64,000 nt of DNA from contig JBBRNJ010000031.1 in assembly GCA_038230375.1 (NCBI GenBank), forward strand, positions 1 to 64,000, written 5' to 3'. The position numbers and the translations under genes are program-made. This stretch comes from Polyangiales bacterium (lineage in GTDB: Bacteria; Myxococcota_A; Polyangia; Polyangiales; Polyangiaceae). Below, piece by piece: positions 29,267 to 39,286 of the stretch. Positions within the stretch are counted from its first letter, which is position 1. Each line of letters starts with the position of its first letter. The notes below the pieces were generated by a model, which saw only the letters and a list, made by a program, of their open reading frames with translations, was not told the DNA's origin and made no database searches.

Positions 29267-31356
29267 GGCACCGCCTTGGCGGCGGAGATGCCGCCCTTCT
29301 CACCGCGGAGCATGGCGATCCAGCGCAGGGCGCTTCCACCGATGACCATGGTCACGAAGACGATCAGCGTGGTGGTCACACACGTGTTGATCAGACCGAC
29401 CGTGAAGGTCTCCTTCTTCTCCATCATCGGCACATAGAGGATGCGAATCGACTCCACACCAGCGGCCAGCGTGGTGACGGCAATGAAGCAGAGCGGCCCC
29501 AGCGTGATCCACGCGTACGCGCGCTTCTTCCCCTCGCGCAGGATGATCGTGGTGGCCACTGCGAGCGCGGTGCACGCGAGCAGCTGATTCGCGACGCCGA
29601 ACATGGGCCAGATGGTCTTGATCGAGCCAGTGAGGATGAAATAGCTCCATCCGCAGACGACGAGCGCCGAGGCCAGGATGCCGCCGGTGTGGCTCTTCGA
29701 GTCGCCGAGCGACGGCTTCGCGCGCGCAAGGAACTCCTGCATGAGGAAGCGGCCGATGCGCGTGCCCGTGTCGATGGTGGTGAGGATGAACAGCGCCTCG
29801 AACATGATCGCGAAGTGGTAGAAATACGCGAGCAGCTTGTTCATGCCGGGAAGCCCCGAGAACACGCGCGCCATGCCCACCGCGAGCGACACGCCACCGC
29901 CGGTCCGCGTTGCCACCACCTCGTCGGAGGCGCGCGAGAGCGCTGGCAGCTCCTTCACGTGGATGCCGAGGCGCAGGAAATCCGCGTCTTCCAGCGTGGT
30001 GGCGCGCTGCTCGTGCGCGTCCACATGATACCCAAGCTCCGCGAGCGCGCCGTTCGAGAGCGCGAGCATCTTGCTGGCAGGCGCCTTCATCTCGCGCGCG
30101 TTCGTGAGGTCGACCGCACCGGAGGTTTGATCCCTCTCGAGTCCAATCAGCGCCAGATCCTTCCCGGAGAAGACCTTGATGGCGCGCTGCAGCTCCGCGT
30201 CGTCGTGCGCAAGGCCTTCCTTGCCCGGTGCAGGCGCGACGATGGCGACCATGGGGTCGGTGTTGATCGCGACGTAGTCCTCCTGTGGCATCACGCACGC
30301 TGCGATGAGCGCCGTGATCCCGACCAGGCCCTCCATCAACATCGCGCCGTAGCCGATGGCGCGGCAGTCGCTCTCCTTCTTCACCATCTTGGGCGTGGTG
30401 CCGCTCGCGACCAGCGCGTGGAAGCCGCTGATGGCGCCGCATGCGATGGTGATGAACACGAACGGAAAAAGCGGGCCCTTGATCACAGGGCCGCCGCCGT
30501 GGATGGCCGCCGTCACCCCAGGCATCTGGATCTCTGGGTTCACGACGATGACGCCGAGCACGAGCGCGCCAATGGTGCCGATCTTCAGGTAGCTGGAGAG
30601 ATAGTCGCGCGGGCACAGCAGCATCCACACGGGCAGCACGCTCGCGACGAAGCCATAGGCGCCCATGATGAGCGTGAGCTGCACGCGCGTCATGCGCAGG
30701 TGCTCGCCCGCTGCTGAGTCGCCGAAGGTCTTTCCGTAGATGAGCGCAGCGAAGAGCAGCACCACGCCGACGACGGACGCCTCGCGGATGCCGCGGTCGG
30801 AGCCACTGCGAACCTTGTAGATGTAGAGGCCCATCGCGAGCGCGATCGGGATGGAAGCACCGACCGTGAAGACGCCCCATGCGCTCTCCGACAGCGCGCC
30901 CACGACCACGTTGCCGAGCCCCGCGAGCGCGATGACCACGATGAAGAGGATCGCGATGGATGTGACAAGGCCGAGCACGGGCCCGAGCTCCGCGCGCGCG
31001 ATCTCCGCGAGCGACTTCCCCTGGCGACGCGTGGACGAGACCAGGATGACGAAGTCGTGCACCGAGCCGCCGAGCACCACGCCGAAGAGGATCCAGAAGA
31101 AGCCCGGATAGAAGCCAAACTGCGCGGCGAGCACCGGCCCGATGAGCGGCCCCGCGCCCGTGATGGCCGCGAAGTGGTGACCGAAGAGGACCCACTTGTT
31201 GGTGGGGTGGTAGTTCTGGCCGTCGTTCAGCGTGCACGCAGGTGTCGCGCGAGCGTCGTCGAGCACGAGCACCTTCGCGGCGATGAACGCCGAGTAGTAC
31301 CGGTACGCAATGGCGAGCACCATGAGCGCGCCGATCATCCAAATGGCTGCGTGCAT
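29263..31356 (-). CDS. cstA: Carbon starvation protein A (peptide/pyruvate transporter)
   Basis: VLFGHHFAAITGAGPLIGP, PRDYLS, FITIACGAISGFH, FEALFILTTIDTGTR, WPMFGVANQLL. Confidence 0.95.
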   Translation of the reverse strand: MHAAIWMIGALMVLAIAYRYYSAFIAAKVLVLDDARATPACTLNDGQNYHPTNKWVLFGHHFAAITGAGPLIGPVLAAQFGFYPGFFWILFGVVLGGSVHDFVILVSSTRRQGKSLAEIARAELGPVLGLVTSIAILFIVVIALAGLGNVVVGALSESAWGVFTVGASIPIALAMGLYIYKVRSGSDRGIREASVVGVVLLFAALIYGKTFGDSAAGEHLRMTRVQLTLIMGAYGFVASVLPVWMLLCPRDYLSSYLKIGTIGALVLGVIVVNPEIQMPGVTAAIHGGGPVIKGPLFPFVFITIACGAISGFHALVASGTTPKMVKKESDCRAIGYGAMLMEGLVGITALIAACVMPQEDYVAINTDPMVAIVAPAPGKEGLAHDDAELQRAIKVFSGKDLALIGLERDQTSGAVDLTNAREMKAPASKMLALSNGALAELGYHVDAHEQRATTLEDADFLRLGIHVKELPALSRASDEVVATRTGGGVSLAVGMARVFSGLPGMNKLLAYFYHFAIMFEALFILTTIDTGTRIGRFLMQEFLARAKPSLGDSKSHTGGILASALVVCGWSYFILTGSIKTIWPMFGVANQLLACTALAVATTIILREGKKRAYAWITLGPLCFIAVTTLAAGVESIRILYVPMMEKKETFTVGLINTCVTTTLIVFVTMVIGGSALRWIAMLRGEKGGISAAKAVP

Positions 31357-31511
31357 CCCGTTGAGACGGACCATACCACGCGGCTCGCGGCCGTTCCTGC
31401 GGCGCCTGAACAAGCGCCTCCCTACGCCACGCCACGCCATCTGGGGATGAGGAGCAGGGCGGAATCTGGAGCGTTACCGACCTGCGCAACCCGTGTTACG
31501 TTTCCTCGCCA

Positions 31512-32747
31512 GTGGCCATCGACCCCGGCACCATCATCAGCGAGAAGTACCGCATCGTGCGGCTCGTGGACGAGCGCGGCGTTGGCGCCGTGTACGAGGG
31601 TCGCATGCTGCGTGGCGACGGTCGCGTGGCCATCAAGGTGCTCCGTCGGAAGTTCTCCGAAGACAAGGAGTGGATCGCCCGCTTCGAGCGCGAAACAGCC
31701 GTTGCGGCGCGCATGTCGTCGGCGCGCCTGGCGCGCTTCCTGGACGTGGGCGTGCTGCCGGACCGGCGCCGCTACATGGTGATGGAATACCTGGAGGGCG
31801 AGAAGCTCTCGACCCGCATGGAGCGCGTCGTCCACATGCAGCCGAAGGTCATGGTCGACCTGGTCCTGCAACTCATGGAGGCGCTACGGCAGGTGCACGA
31901 GGCGAAGATCGTCCATCGAGGCATCTCGCCCACCGCCGTCTTCCTCCAGAAGATGGGCCGGCTCGACTACGTCTGCCTCCTCGACTTCGGGGTCTGCAAG
32001 GACATGACGGACAAGCTCCGCGACATCAATACCGCGCAGGGCCGCCTCCTCAGCAGCGTCGCATACTCGGCCCCGGAGGCGCTCGCGCGTGGCTCGCGTC
32101 AGGCAGATCATCGCGCGGACCTCTTCTCGGTCGGTGTGCTCCTCTATCGCGGCATCGCCGCCGTGGCGCCGTTCCCCGCTCAAGAGCCGCAGGAGCTCCT
32201 CGACCGCCTCCGTGCGGGACCGCCCATGCCCCTCTCGCAGGCCGCGGATGGTCGCGTCGACGATGTGCTCAGCGACATCGTGCAGCATGCACTCGAGCGC
32301 ACGCCCGAGGCGCGCTTCCAGAGCGCGGAGGAGATGGCCGACGCGCTCAACGCATGGATGCTGACCGCGATCCCGATGCCGAGCGTGAGACCACCGATCA
32401 GCGTGAGACCGCCAGCGAGTTTGCCCGCGCCGCCCAGCCTGCCCTCACCGATCAGCGCCATCCCTTCCACCAGCGCATACCCACCGCCGAGCGTCGGAAG
32501 GGGAGGCACCGTGCGCCTGCCCACCAGCGAGCTCCAGGCTCGGACAAGGCCGCCGCCGCCCATGCCGGCGGATGAAGAAGAAGACACGATCACGACCGAG
32601 CTACAGCCGCCCCCGAAGGGCCCGAAGGGCCCGACGCGAACCATTCGCATGAAGCTGAATCCTTCGCCGCCTGCACCGCCCGTGTCGCAGCCGCCTTCGT
32701 CCGCGCAGCCGGAGCCGGCCACGGTGCACCGCCCCCGCAAGCGCTGA
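31512..32747 (+). CDS. Hanks-type Ser/Thr kinase fold, probable pseudokinase
   Basis: VAIK, DFG and APE are present, but the catalytic loop reads HRGISPTA instead of HRDLKPxN. Confidence 0.85.
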   Translation: MAIDPGTIISEKYRIVRLVDERGVGAVYEGRMLRGDGRVAIKVLRRKFSEDKEWIARFERETAVAARMSSARLARFLDVGVLPDRRRYMVMEYLEGEKLSTRMERVVHMQPKVMVDLVLQLMEALRQVHEAKIVHRGISPTAVFLQKMGRLDYVCLLDFGVCKDMTDKLRDINTAQGRLLSSVAYSAPEALARGSRQADHRADLFSVGVLLYRGIAAVAPFPAQEPQELLDRLRAGPPMPLSQAADGRVDDVLSDIVQHALERTPEARFQSAEEMADALNAWMLTAIPMPSVRPPISVRPPASLPAPPSLPSPISAIPSTSAYPPPSVGRGGTVRLPTSELQARTRPPPPMPADEEEDTITTELQPPPKGPKGPTRTIRMKLNPSPPAPPVSQPPSSAQPEPATVHRPRKR

Positions 32748-32770
32748 CATGGACGCTCGCAAGCGCTGAC

Positions 32771-33706
32771 ATGGACCCCCGCCTTCCGCGCGTACGGGGC
32801 ACCTTGGGCGCGCTCACCCTCATCGCGTCGCTGCTCGTTGCATGCGGCGCACGCACCGCGCTGCTCGCGCCAGAGGGGGATGGCACTGTGGGAGGCATTG
32901 GTGGCGCGGACGCCGACACCGAGGCGAACGCGGACGCGGCAGCGCTCACCGACGGGAGCTGCGTACGTGACCCGGACTGCGACGACGGGATCGCGTGCAC
33001 CGTCGACGAATGCAACGCGGAAGGTCCTGGCTGCAAGAACACGCCGGTGAACGCGCGGTGTCCCGTCAGCCAGCTCTGCGATCCGGCTCTGGGCTGCGTC
33101 GCGCTCGCGTTCGCCGTGGACAAGGCATCGCTCTACGACATCCGGCTTCCTTCGGCGCACTACACGCTGCTCGGCGGCACGGGTAACGCCAGCCTCACCG
33201 ACGTCGCGCTTCATCCTGACAACATCCTCTACGGGATCAGCACCTCGGCGCTGTACACGCTGAACCAGGACACCGGCGCGCCCACGCAGGTCGCGCTTGT
33301 GCCAGAGGGGCTCAACGCGCTTGACGTCGCGCCCGACGGGACGCTGTACGGGGCGGGGAGCGGAACATTGTACGAGCTGGATCGGAAGACCGGGAAGGCA
33401 ACGCCGCTCATCGCATTCCCGCCCGGCACGATCTCGTCCGGTGATCTCGTCTTCATCGGCCCGCGGCTCCTGGCATCCGCGAAGACGGCGACGGACGACG
33501 CGCTCGTGGAGCTAGACCTTGCGAAGAAGACGTCACGCGTCGTCGGCCAGATCGGCTACGGGTGCGTCTGGGGCATGGCCGCGTACGAAACGGATCTCTA
33601 CGGCTTCACGTGCAACGGAGAGGTGCTCACCATCGACCCGGACACCGGAGCGAGCATGCTCATCACCCAGAACGGCATCCATTTCGACGGCGCAAGCGCG
33701 CGGTAG
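32771..33706 (+). CDS. Lipoprotein with Cys-rich (Dicty CTDC-like) repeat and beta-propeller
   Basis: LVAC lipobox; CDDGIACTVDEC; repeated D.A..PDG.LYG blades. Confidence 0.8.
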   Translation: MDPRLPRVRGTLGALTLIASLLVACGARTALLAPEGDGTVGGIGGADADTEANADAAALTDGSCVRDPDCDDGIACTVDECNAEGPGCKNTPVNARCPVSQLCDPALGCVALAFAVDKASLYDIRLPSAHYTLLGGTGNASLTDVALHPDNILYGISTSALYTLNQDTGAPTQVALVPEGLNALDVAPDGTLYGAGSGTLYELDRKTGKATPLIAFPPGTISSGDLVFIGPRLLASAKTATDDALVELDLAKKTSRVVGQIGYGCVWGMAAYETDLYGFTCNGEVLTIDPDTGASMLITQNGIHFDGASAR

Positions 33707-33711
33707 AGGGG

Positions 33712-34902
33712 CTACTCCCCGCCGCAGGCTTCGATGTCGGCTGTTCGCGCTTCCAGCGTTGCTCCCGGTACTGGCGCGATGTCTCGTGGTGACATCACGT
33801 CTACCGTGACGTACTCGCCGCGGGGCTCACCGTAGCGGAGGTCCACGTCCTTGAGCACGAGGATGGGTACCCTCTTGGGTGCGCCCACGATGCGCGATGC
33901 GAGCAGCGTGATCGACTCCTTGCAGTGGACGTTCTTGCGGAGCACCTCCGTGGCGGGATTGCTCTCCGCTGGACCCGGCCCCGAGGAGAGCACTCCGCCC
34001 ATCACCATGTTGCTCGAGCCAAGCTGCGTCAGCATGTCCATGCGGATGCTGTCCAGCATCTGAGCCAGGGGCACGACCGTGAGCCCCGTGTCCTTCACCC
34101 ATGCGACCATGCGCGCGTGCCCGTCGCGGACCAGGACACGGAGGTAGCCGCGTTGCTTTCCGATCACCGCAAGCTCGTGCTGCTGCCCCTGCGGGTCCGC
34201 GGGTGGGACCGTGACGGCGAGCGCTGGACCGCCGGGGGTCGCGGAGAGCTCGCGCGGCTTCCGACCAAGCTGCACGCTTCCGATCGTCGTGTCTGGGCCC
34301 GGCTCGAAGTAGACATCATCCATCGTCAGCGTGTCGCACGGGACCTCGGCCGGCACGAGCGGCGTGAGGAAGCGCAGGCCGTCCACGGTGGGCGGAGGCA
34401 CGAGGATCTTTCCATGCGAGGCGCCTGCGGGGTGCACGTTCTCGGAACGCGGGATCACCAGGATTTCTCCGAATGGAATGTCACGCGACGCGACGAGCTC
34501 GTCGCTCGCTGGATAGCCCCGCGCGCGCAGCCGGATACCCGTGAGCTCGATGAACTGCGTTCCCCTGGTGGTGATCGCCAGGCGCGAGGCCATGCCAGTT
34601 GGCCCCACAGCGACGAGGTCCGCGCCACCGTCAGGAGACGCGCGCAGCGTGATCTTGCGAGACGCGGGGTTCGTGTACGAGCACGCGACGTCGCTCGGCA
34701 TCATCGCGAGCATGAGCGGAGGGCTCTCGTTTGGGCGCACGCGCGGCGCGCCGACATCCACAGCGGAAGATACGGGCGCGACCGTCGCGACCTCGAGCGG
34801 CGCGGGCTCGACCCTGGGCTCATGGGTCGCGCCAGCGCAGCCGGAGGTGAGCAGAGCAGCGCCGAAGCTCACGGTGACGAACCGACCCATGCGATCGATC
34901 AT
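33712..34902 (-). CDS. Hypothetical lipoprotein
   Basis: Lipobox TSGC; ATGA overlap with the upstream DMT gene. Confidence 0.65.
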   Translation of the reverse strand: MIDRMGRFVTVSFGAALLTSGCAGATHEPRVEPAPLEVATVAPVSSAVDVGAPRVRPNESPPLMLAMMPSDVACSYTNPASRKITLRASPDGGADLVAVGPTGMASRLAITTRGTQFIELTGIRLRARGYPASDELVASRDIPFGEILVIPRSENVHPAGASHGKILVPPPTVDGLRFLTPLVPAEVPCDTLTMDDVYFEPGPDTTIGSVQLGRKPRELSATPGGPALAVTVPPADPQGQQHELAVIGKQRGYLRVLVRDGHARMVAWVKDTGLTVVPLAQMLDSIRMDMLTQLGSSNMVMGGVLSSGPGPAESNPATEVLRKNVHCKESITLLASRIVGAPKRVPILVLKDVDLRYGEPRGEYVTVDVMSPRDIAPVPGATLEARTADIEACGGE

Positions 34903-35795
34903 AGGCCCGGCTCTGGCGCAGTCGAAGGCTTCTTCGTGAGCACTGGATACGCAAGGACCACGACCAGGATGATGGCGACGCCCGCGTAGAACGAGAGCCC
35001 GAGTTCGCGCTGCTCACCCAGGAGCACGATCGCCAGGAGGATTGCGTAGACGGGCTCCAGATTGACGGCGAGCTGGGTCGCGAACGCCGAGAGCTCCCGG
35101 AGTGCGTAGAGCGCGAGCGTGAAAGGCAAGAGCGTGCACACCATGGAGAGGAGCACGAGCAGCCGCACGTCGTGCAACGAGGGCACGGGCCACGCTGGCC
35201 CCTCGTGCGGCACCACCAGCGCGACCACACCTAGGAGCACGGCGCCCGAGCCCAGCTCGATCGCAGTCATGGTCATCGCGTCGCACTTGTCCACGAGGCG
35301 CTTGTTGACCGCGGAGAACAGCGCAACGAAGAACGCAGAGACCACGCCTGCGAGCAGCCCGGCGCGCATACCCAGCGGAATGCCACCGACCACGAGCGCC
35401 ACGCCGGGCACCACGGCAACGCCCATGAGGAGCTCACGCACCTCGAACGGGCGCTTCGCGATGAATGGCTCCACCACCGCGAGGAACACAGGGCCGAGCG
35501 CGATCGTCGTCGCCGCCACCGATGCATTCGCGAGCTTCACGGAGCCGTAGAAGGACAGCCAGTGCAGGGCCACGAGCATGCCGGCCCCCACGCACGAGAG
35601 CACGACCTTCCGGGAGAGGGCGCGCGCCGACCGACGCACGCGCGGTACGAACGCAAGCACGAACGCCACGAGCAGCATCCGGTAGAAGACGAGCGGCAGC
35701 GCGGGCAGCGTGATGAGCTTCCCGAGGATGGCGGTGAAACCCCACAGGACCACGCAGAAGTGGATCGTGAGCTGCGCTTTCGTCCTGCGGGTCAA
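34899..35795 (-). CDS. DMT/EamA family transporter
   Basis: About 10 TM in two repeats; WGFTAILGKLI, HWLSFYGSVK, NLEPVYAI. Confidence 0.9.
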   Translation of the reverse strand: MTRRTKAQLTIHFCVVLWGFTAILGKLITLPALPLVFYRMLLVAFVLAFVPRVRRSARALSRKVVLSCVGAGMLVALHWLSFYGSVKLANASVAATTIALGPVFLAVVEPFIAKRPFEVRELLMGVAVVPGVALVVGGIPLGMRAGLLAGVVSAFFVALFSAVNKRLVDKCDAMTMTAIELGSGAVLLGVVALVVPHEGPAWPVPSLHDVRLLVLLSMVCTLLPFTLALYALRELSAFATQLAVNLEPVYAILLAIVLLGEQRELGLSFYAGVAIILVVVLAYPVLTKKPSTAPEPGL

Positions 35796-35846
35796 CGGCC
35801 GCGCATCTTACTTCCGGCGGCTGCATGCCGCGCTAGAATCGACCCG

Positions 35847-37502
35847 ATGTCCCTGCGCGCCCGCATCGTGATCGCCTCGATCTTGCTCACGGCCACGGCC
35901 GCGACGCCTTCGTGCAAGTCGGACAACGCGCAGCCGCAGGCGCCGACCTATCCAGAGAAGGACCATGACGCAGAGGCGGCGCGCTTGCTCGGTACGCCGG
36001 ACTGGTACCGGCACGCGATCTTCTACGAGGTCGACGTGCGCTCCTTCTCGGACTCGAACGGCGATGGCATCGGAGATCTGAAAGGGCTCCAGAGCCGTCT
36101 TTCCTACCTGAAGGAGCTCGGTGTGGATGCGCTGTGGCTCATGCCCGTCATGCCTTCCCCTTTCAAGGACTCCGGCTACGACGTGGCGGACTACGACGCG
36201 ATCGCAAAGGAGTATGGCACGCTCGCGGACTTTGACGCGCTCGTGGCCGCAGCGCACGGCCTGGGCATTCGCGTGTTCATGGACCTTGTCTTGAACCACA
36301 CCTCGGATGCGCATGCGTGGTTCCAGGATTCGAAGACCAGCAAGACGAACCCACACGCCGACTACTACGTGTGGTCGGACACCGCTGGGCGCGCGGACAT
36401 CGGCTGTGGAACGTACGGCTCGCAGTTCGGCAGCTCGGCGTGGACGCTCGCGCCCGAGCGCAACCAGTACTACTTCCACCGGTTCTACCCGGGCCAGCCG
36501 GACCTGAACTACAAAAGTCCCGAGGTGGTGAAGGCCACGCTGGATGCAGCCAAATTCTGGATGGATCGCAGCGTGGACGGCTTCCGCTGCGACGTCATTG
36601 GCCTCCTGGTGGAGACCGCGCAGGGCTGCGACATGGTCCCGGAGACCGTCGCGTACATCAAGCAGCTGCGCGCGCTGCTCGACGGCTACAAGGACCGCGC
36701 GATGGTCGCGGAGAGCACGAACTTCTCCACCACGCTCGCGTACTACGGATCGGGGTCGGACATGTTCCACATGGCCTTCGACTTTGGTTACGGCTACCTC
36801 TGGGGCGGCGTGATGAAGAGCACGTCTGCGGCAGACGTCGTGAAGCCTTTCCAGAGCGCGGCCTCGCAGTATCCGAAGGGCTCGCAAGAGGCGCTGGTGA
36901 TTGGCTCACACGACGTCGCTCGCGCGTACACGTCGGCCAACCGTGTGCAGTCTCGCTGGCAGCGCGCGGCGCTCTTGCAGCTCACCATGCCGGGCACGCC
37001 GTTCATCTACTACGGCGAGGAGCTCGCGCTCCGTCCTGGCACGCAGACCGTGGTGGACGGTCGTGACACCGCGCGCACGCCCATGCTCTGGGACGCAAGC
37101 CCCAACCACGGCTTCTCCACCGTGGCCCCGTGGATCGCCTTCGGCCCCGAGGCAGACAGCACGAACGTGGAAGCAGAGCAGAAGGACCCGGATAGCGATT
37201 ATGGTTTCTACAAACAACTGCTCGCGATGCGGCGTGGGCGCGAGGCATTCGGCACCGGCTCGCTGAAGATAGTGCCGGCGGATGATCCGAGCGTCCTCTA
37301 CTTCGAGCGCGCTTCAACGGACGAGACCTATGTGATCGTGATGAGCATGGACGAGGGCGACGCGCACACGGCCACGATCTCCGGCGTTGAGCTACCAGGG
37401 GATGCGCAGCGGCTGCTGGGCAATGCGACCCTCACGCGCACCGGTGCAGACGCCACTATCGCCGTCGCGGCGGCGAGCTACGGCGTCTTCCGCGTGCGCT
37501 GA
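35847..37502 (+). CDS. Exported GH13 alpha-amylase/alpha-glucosidase family enzyme
   Basis: DSNGDGIGDL, GYDV.DY, DLVLNH, QPDLN, GFRCD, AES, SHD, YYGEE; N-terminal signal with Cys. Confidence 0.92.
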   Translation: MSLRARIVIASILLTATAATPSCKSDNAQPQAPTYPEKDHDAEAARLLGTPDWYRHAIFYEVDVRSFSDSNGDGIGDLKGLQSRLSYLKELGVDALWLMPVMPSPFKDSGYDVADYDAIAKEYGTLADFDALVAAAHGLGIRVFMDLVLNHTSDAHAWFQDSKTSKTNPHADYYVWSDTAGRADIGCGTYGSQFGSSAWTLAPERNQYYFHRFYPGQPDLNYKSPEVVKATLDAAKFWMDRSVDGFRCDVIGLLVETAQGCDMVPETVAYIKQLRALLDGYKDRAMVAESTNFSTTLAYYGSGSDMFHMAFDFGYGYLWGGVMKSTSAADVVKPFQSAASQYPKGSQEALVIGSHDVARAYTSANRVQSRWQRAALLQLTMPGTPFIYYGEELALRPGTQTVVDGRDTARTPMLWDASPNHGFSTVAPWIAFGPEADSTNVEAEQKDPDSDYGFYKQLLAMRRGREAFGTGSLKIVPADDPSVLYFERASTDETYVIVMSMDEGDAHTATISGVELPGDAQRLLGNATLTRTGADATIAVAAASYGVFRVR

Positions 37503-37550
37503 TGGCGGCGAGTAGGGACCACGCTCCAGAAGGAGTATAGTTTGCTCGTC

Positions 37551-38030
37551 ATGCGCTGCCTCGGGATGCTCGTTGCTCTGCAGGTCGCGCTCTTGGTCGC
37601 GTGCGAGCCATCGACTCATCGGGAGGACGTGAAGGAGCCAGCGCTCTCCGCCGCCAGGCCGCAGCCGCCGCCACCGCCGACAGCTGCACCCACGGCGCAG
37701 CCGCCAACGCCACGGCGCACGGCCGATCTCCCACCCTCCGACGCGGGGCCCGCGGTCGACACGCGACCGACCCGTCCCGACGCGGACGTCGTGCGCGACA
37801 TCGAACGCACCATCCGCGAGAACGGCGTCCTCACCGCGCAAGGCGCGACGGTGCACGTGACGTGCGACAAGGGTGAGGTCACGCTACGCGGCGTGGTCAA
37901 GGACGAGGCCGCTCGCAGCTCGGTGAACTCCATGGTCCGCAAGACGCCCGGTGTGCTGCGTATCAACGATCTGCTGAAGGCGACCGACCCACACCCGACG
38001 GACTGGAACCCAGACGACCCGAAGTACTGA
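37551..38030 (+). CDS. BON-domain lipoprotein
   Basis: LVAC lipobox; V.V…GEVTLRG.V…PGV..IND.L. Confidence 0.85.
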   Translation: MRCLGMLVALQVALLVACEPSTHREDVKEPALSAARPQPPPPPTAAPTAQPPTPRRTADLPPSDAGPAVDTRPTRPDADVVRDIERTIRENGVLTAQGATVHVTCDKGEVTLRGVVKDEAARSSVNSMVRKTPGVLRINDLLKATDPHPTDWNPDDPKY

Positions 38031-38051
38031 GGTCTCGCTGCTCCAGAGGCC

Positions 38052-39203
38052 TCAGCCTGCGTCGGGGTCTGTGCCTGCGTCCACCACGGGCGGCGCGAAC
38101 GGCGTGGACGCGAGGTAGTCCTTGTCGAAGGTCTGGGTCATCTGCAAGAGCGCGGCTGCATCGTCGATGATGAGACCGATCTCGCGGTTCTTGCTGAGCG
38201 ACGTGTAGCTCACGTTCTCGGAGCCCAGGTACGCGTGCGTGTCGTCCACGACGATCGACTTCACGTGGACCTTGGGTGAAAGCAGGTACCGCGCGACGAT
38301 GCCGTTCTGCGCAAGGTCCGCGGCAATGCTGGTGTTCGCGCTGACGAAGCCTGGGTCCGCGAGCACGATCTGCACGTCGATACCGGCCTTCTTCTGCGCG
38401 AGGACCGCGTCGTGAACGGCGCGGTCGTCGAACTGCATCGACTCGATGCGCAGGGTGGTCTTCGCGGACTTGATGAGCGCAAGGAGCCGGTCGCGCGAGT
38501 TCACGGGCGACACCACCAGACGCGTGCAGCTCAGGTCTGGCGAGCCCTGTGTGAAGTCGGCATCGAACAGCGAAGTGAGGTCCGACACGTCCTGCGGGTC
38601 CGCCACGCGCGCCACGTAGTTCCGCTCTGAAAGCAGGAAGGACTTGCCGTAGTTGCCCGTCGACACGGCGGCAACCTGCTCGTCCACGATGATGGTCTTC
38701 GCATGCATGTACGAGAATTTCGGATCGCTCCACTGGAACTTCGCGCCGGCGGCGACCAGCGTTGCGCGGTACTTGTCGTTCACCGTCCGCTGCGTGTTGC
38801 CGTCCAGGATGACGCGCACGTCCAGGCCGGCCTTCGCCTGCGCGGTCAGGGTGTCGAGCACCGCGCCGTACCCCATCTGGTAACCGAACACGCGAACGGA
38901 TTTCTTCGCGAGGCCGAGCACGTCGGTGTACGCCTTCTCGCCATCGTCGGGGAGCACCGCAAGCGTCACGGCAGAGGCGCGTGTGTCGGTCGCGTTGCAT
39001 GCGCTCGCCGGCGCACGCGCATCCGAGCCACCTTCATGCACGGCCACCGCGCCGCCGTCACTTCCCGTCCCGGTGGCGGGCGATGCATCCGGGTCCAGCG
39101 TGTCTTGCCCCGCGCCGCCTCCGTCGTTCGATGCGGAGCAAGCCACGACGAGCAGACCGGCCCCGAGGAGCGCGAAGACCGAGGCGAATGATGCTGTTTT
39201 CAC
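38052..39203 (-). CDS. Phospholipase D superfamily lipoprotein
   Basis: Two HKD motifs (HAKTIIVD, HVKSIVVD…GSEN…NRE); lipobox VVAC; start inferred at GTG 39203. Confidence 0.9.
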   Translation of the reverse strand: MKTASFASVFALLGAGLLVVACSASNDGGGAGQDTLDPDASPATGTGSDGGAVAVHEGGSDARAPASACNATDTRASAVTLAVLPDDGEKAYTDVLGLAKKSVRVFGYQMGYGAVLDTLTAQAKAGLDVRVILDGNTQRTVNDKYRATLVAAGAKFQWSDPKFSYMHAKTIIVDEQVAAVSTGNYGKSFLLSERNYVARVADPQDVSDLTSLFDADFTQGSPDLSCTRLVVSPVNSRDRLLALIKSAKTTLRIESMQFDDRAVHDAVLAQKKAGIDVQIVLADPGFVSANTSIAADLAQNGIVARYLLSPKVHVKSIVVDDTHAYLGSENVSYTSLSKNREIGLIIDDAAALLQMTQTFDKDYLASTPFAPPVVDAGTDPDAG

Positions 39204-39286
39204 GACGCGGACTCTGACCGCCGCCCACTCCCGCGGCACGTGAGAAAACGTTAAAGTCTTCGGGAGGCCCAAGAACCCGCGGAAAA

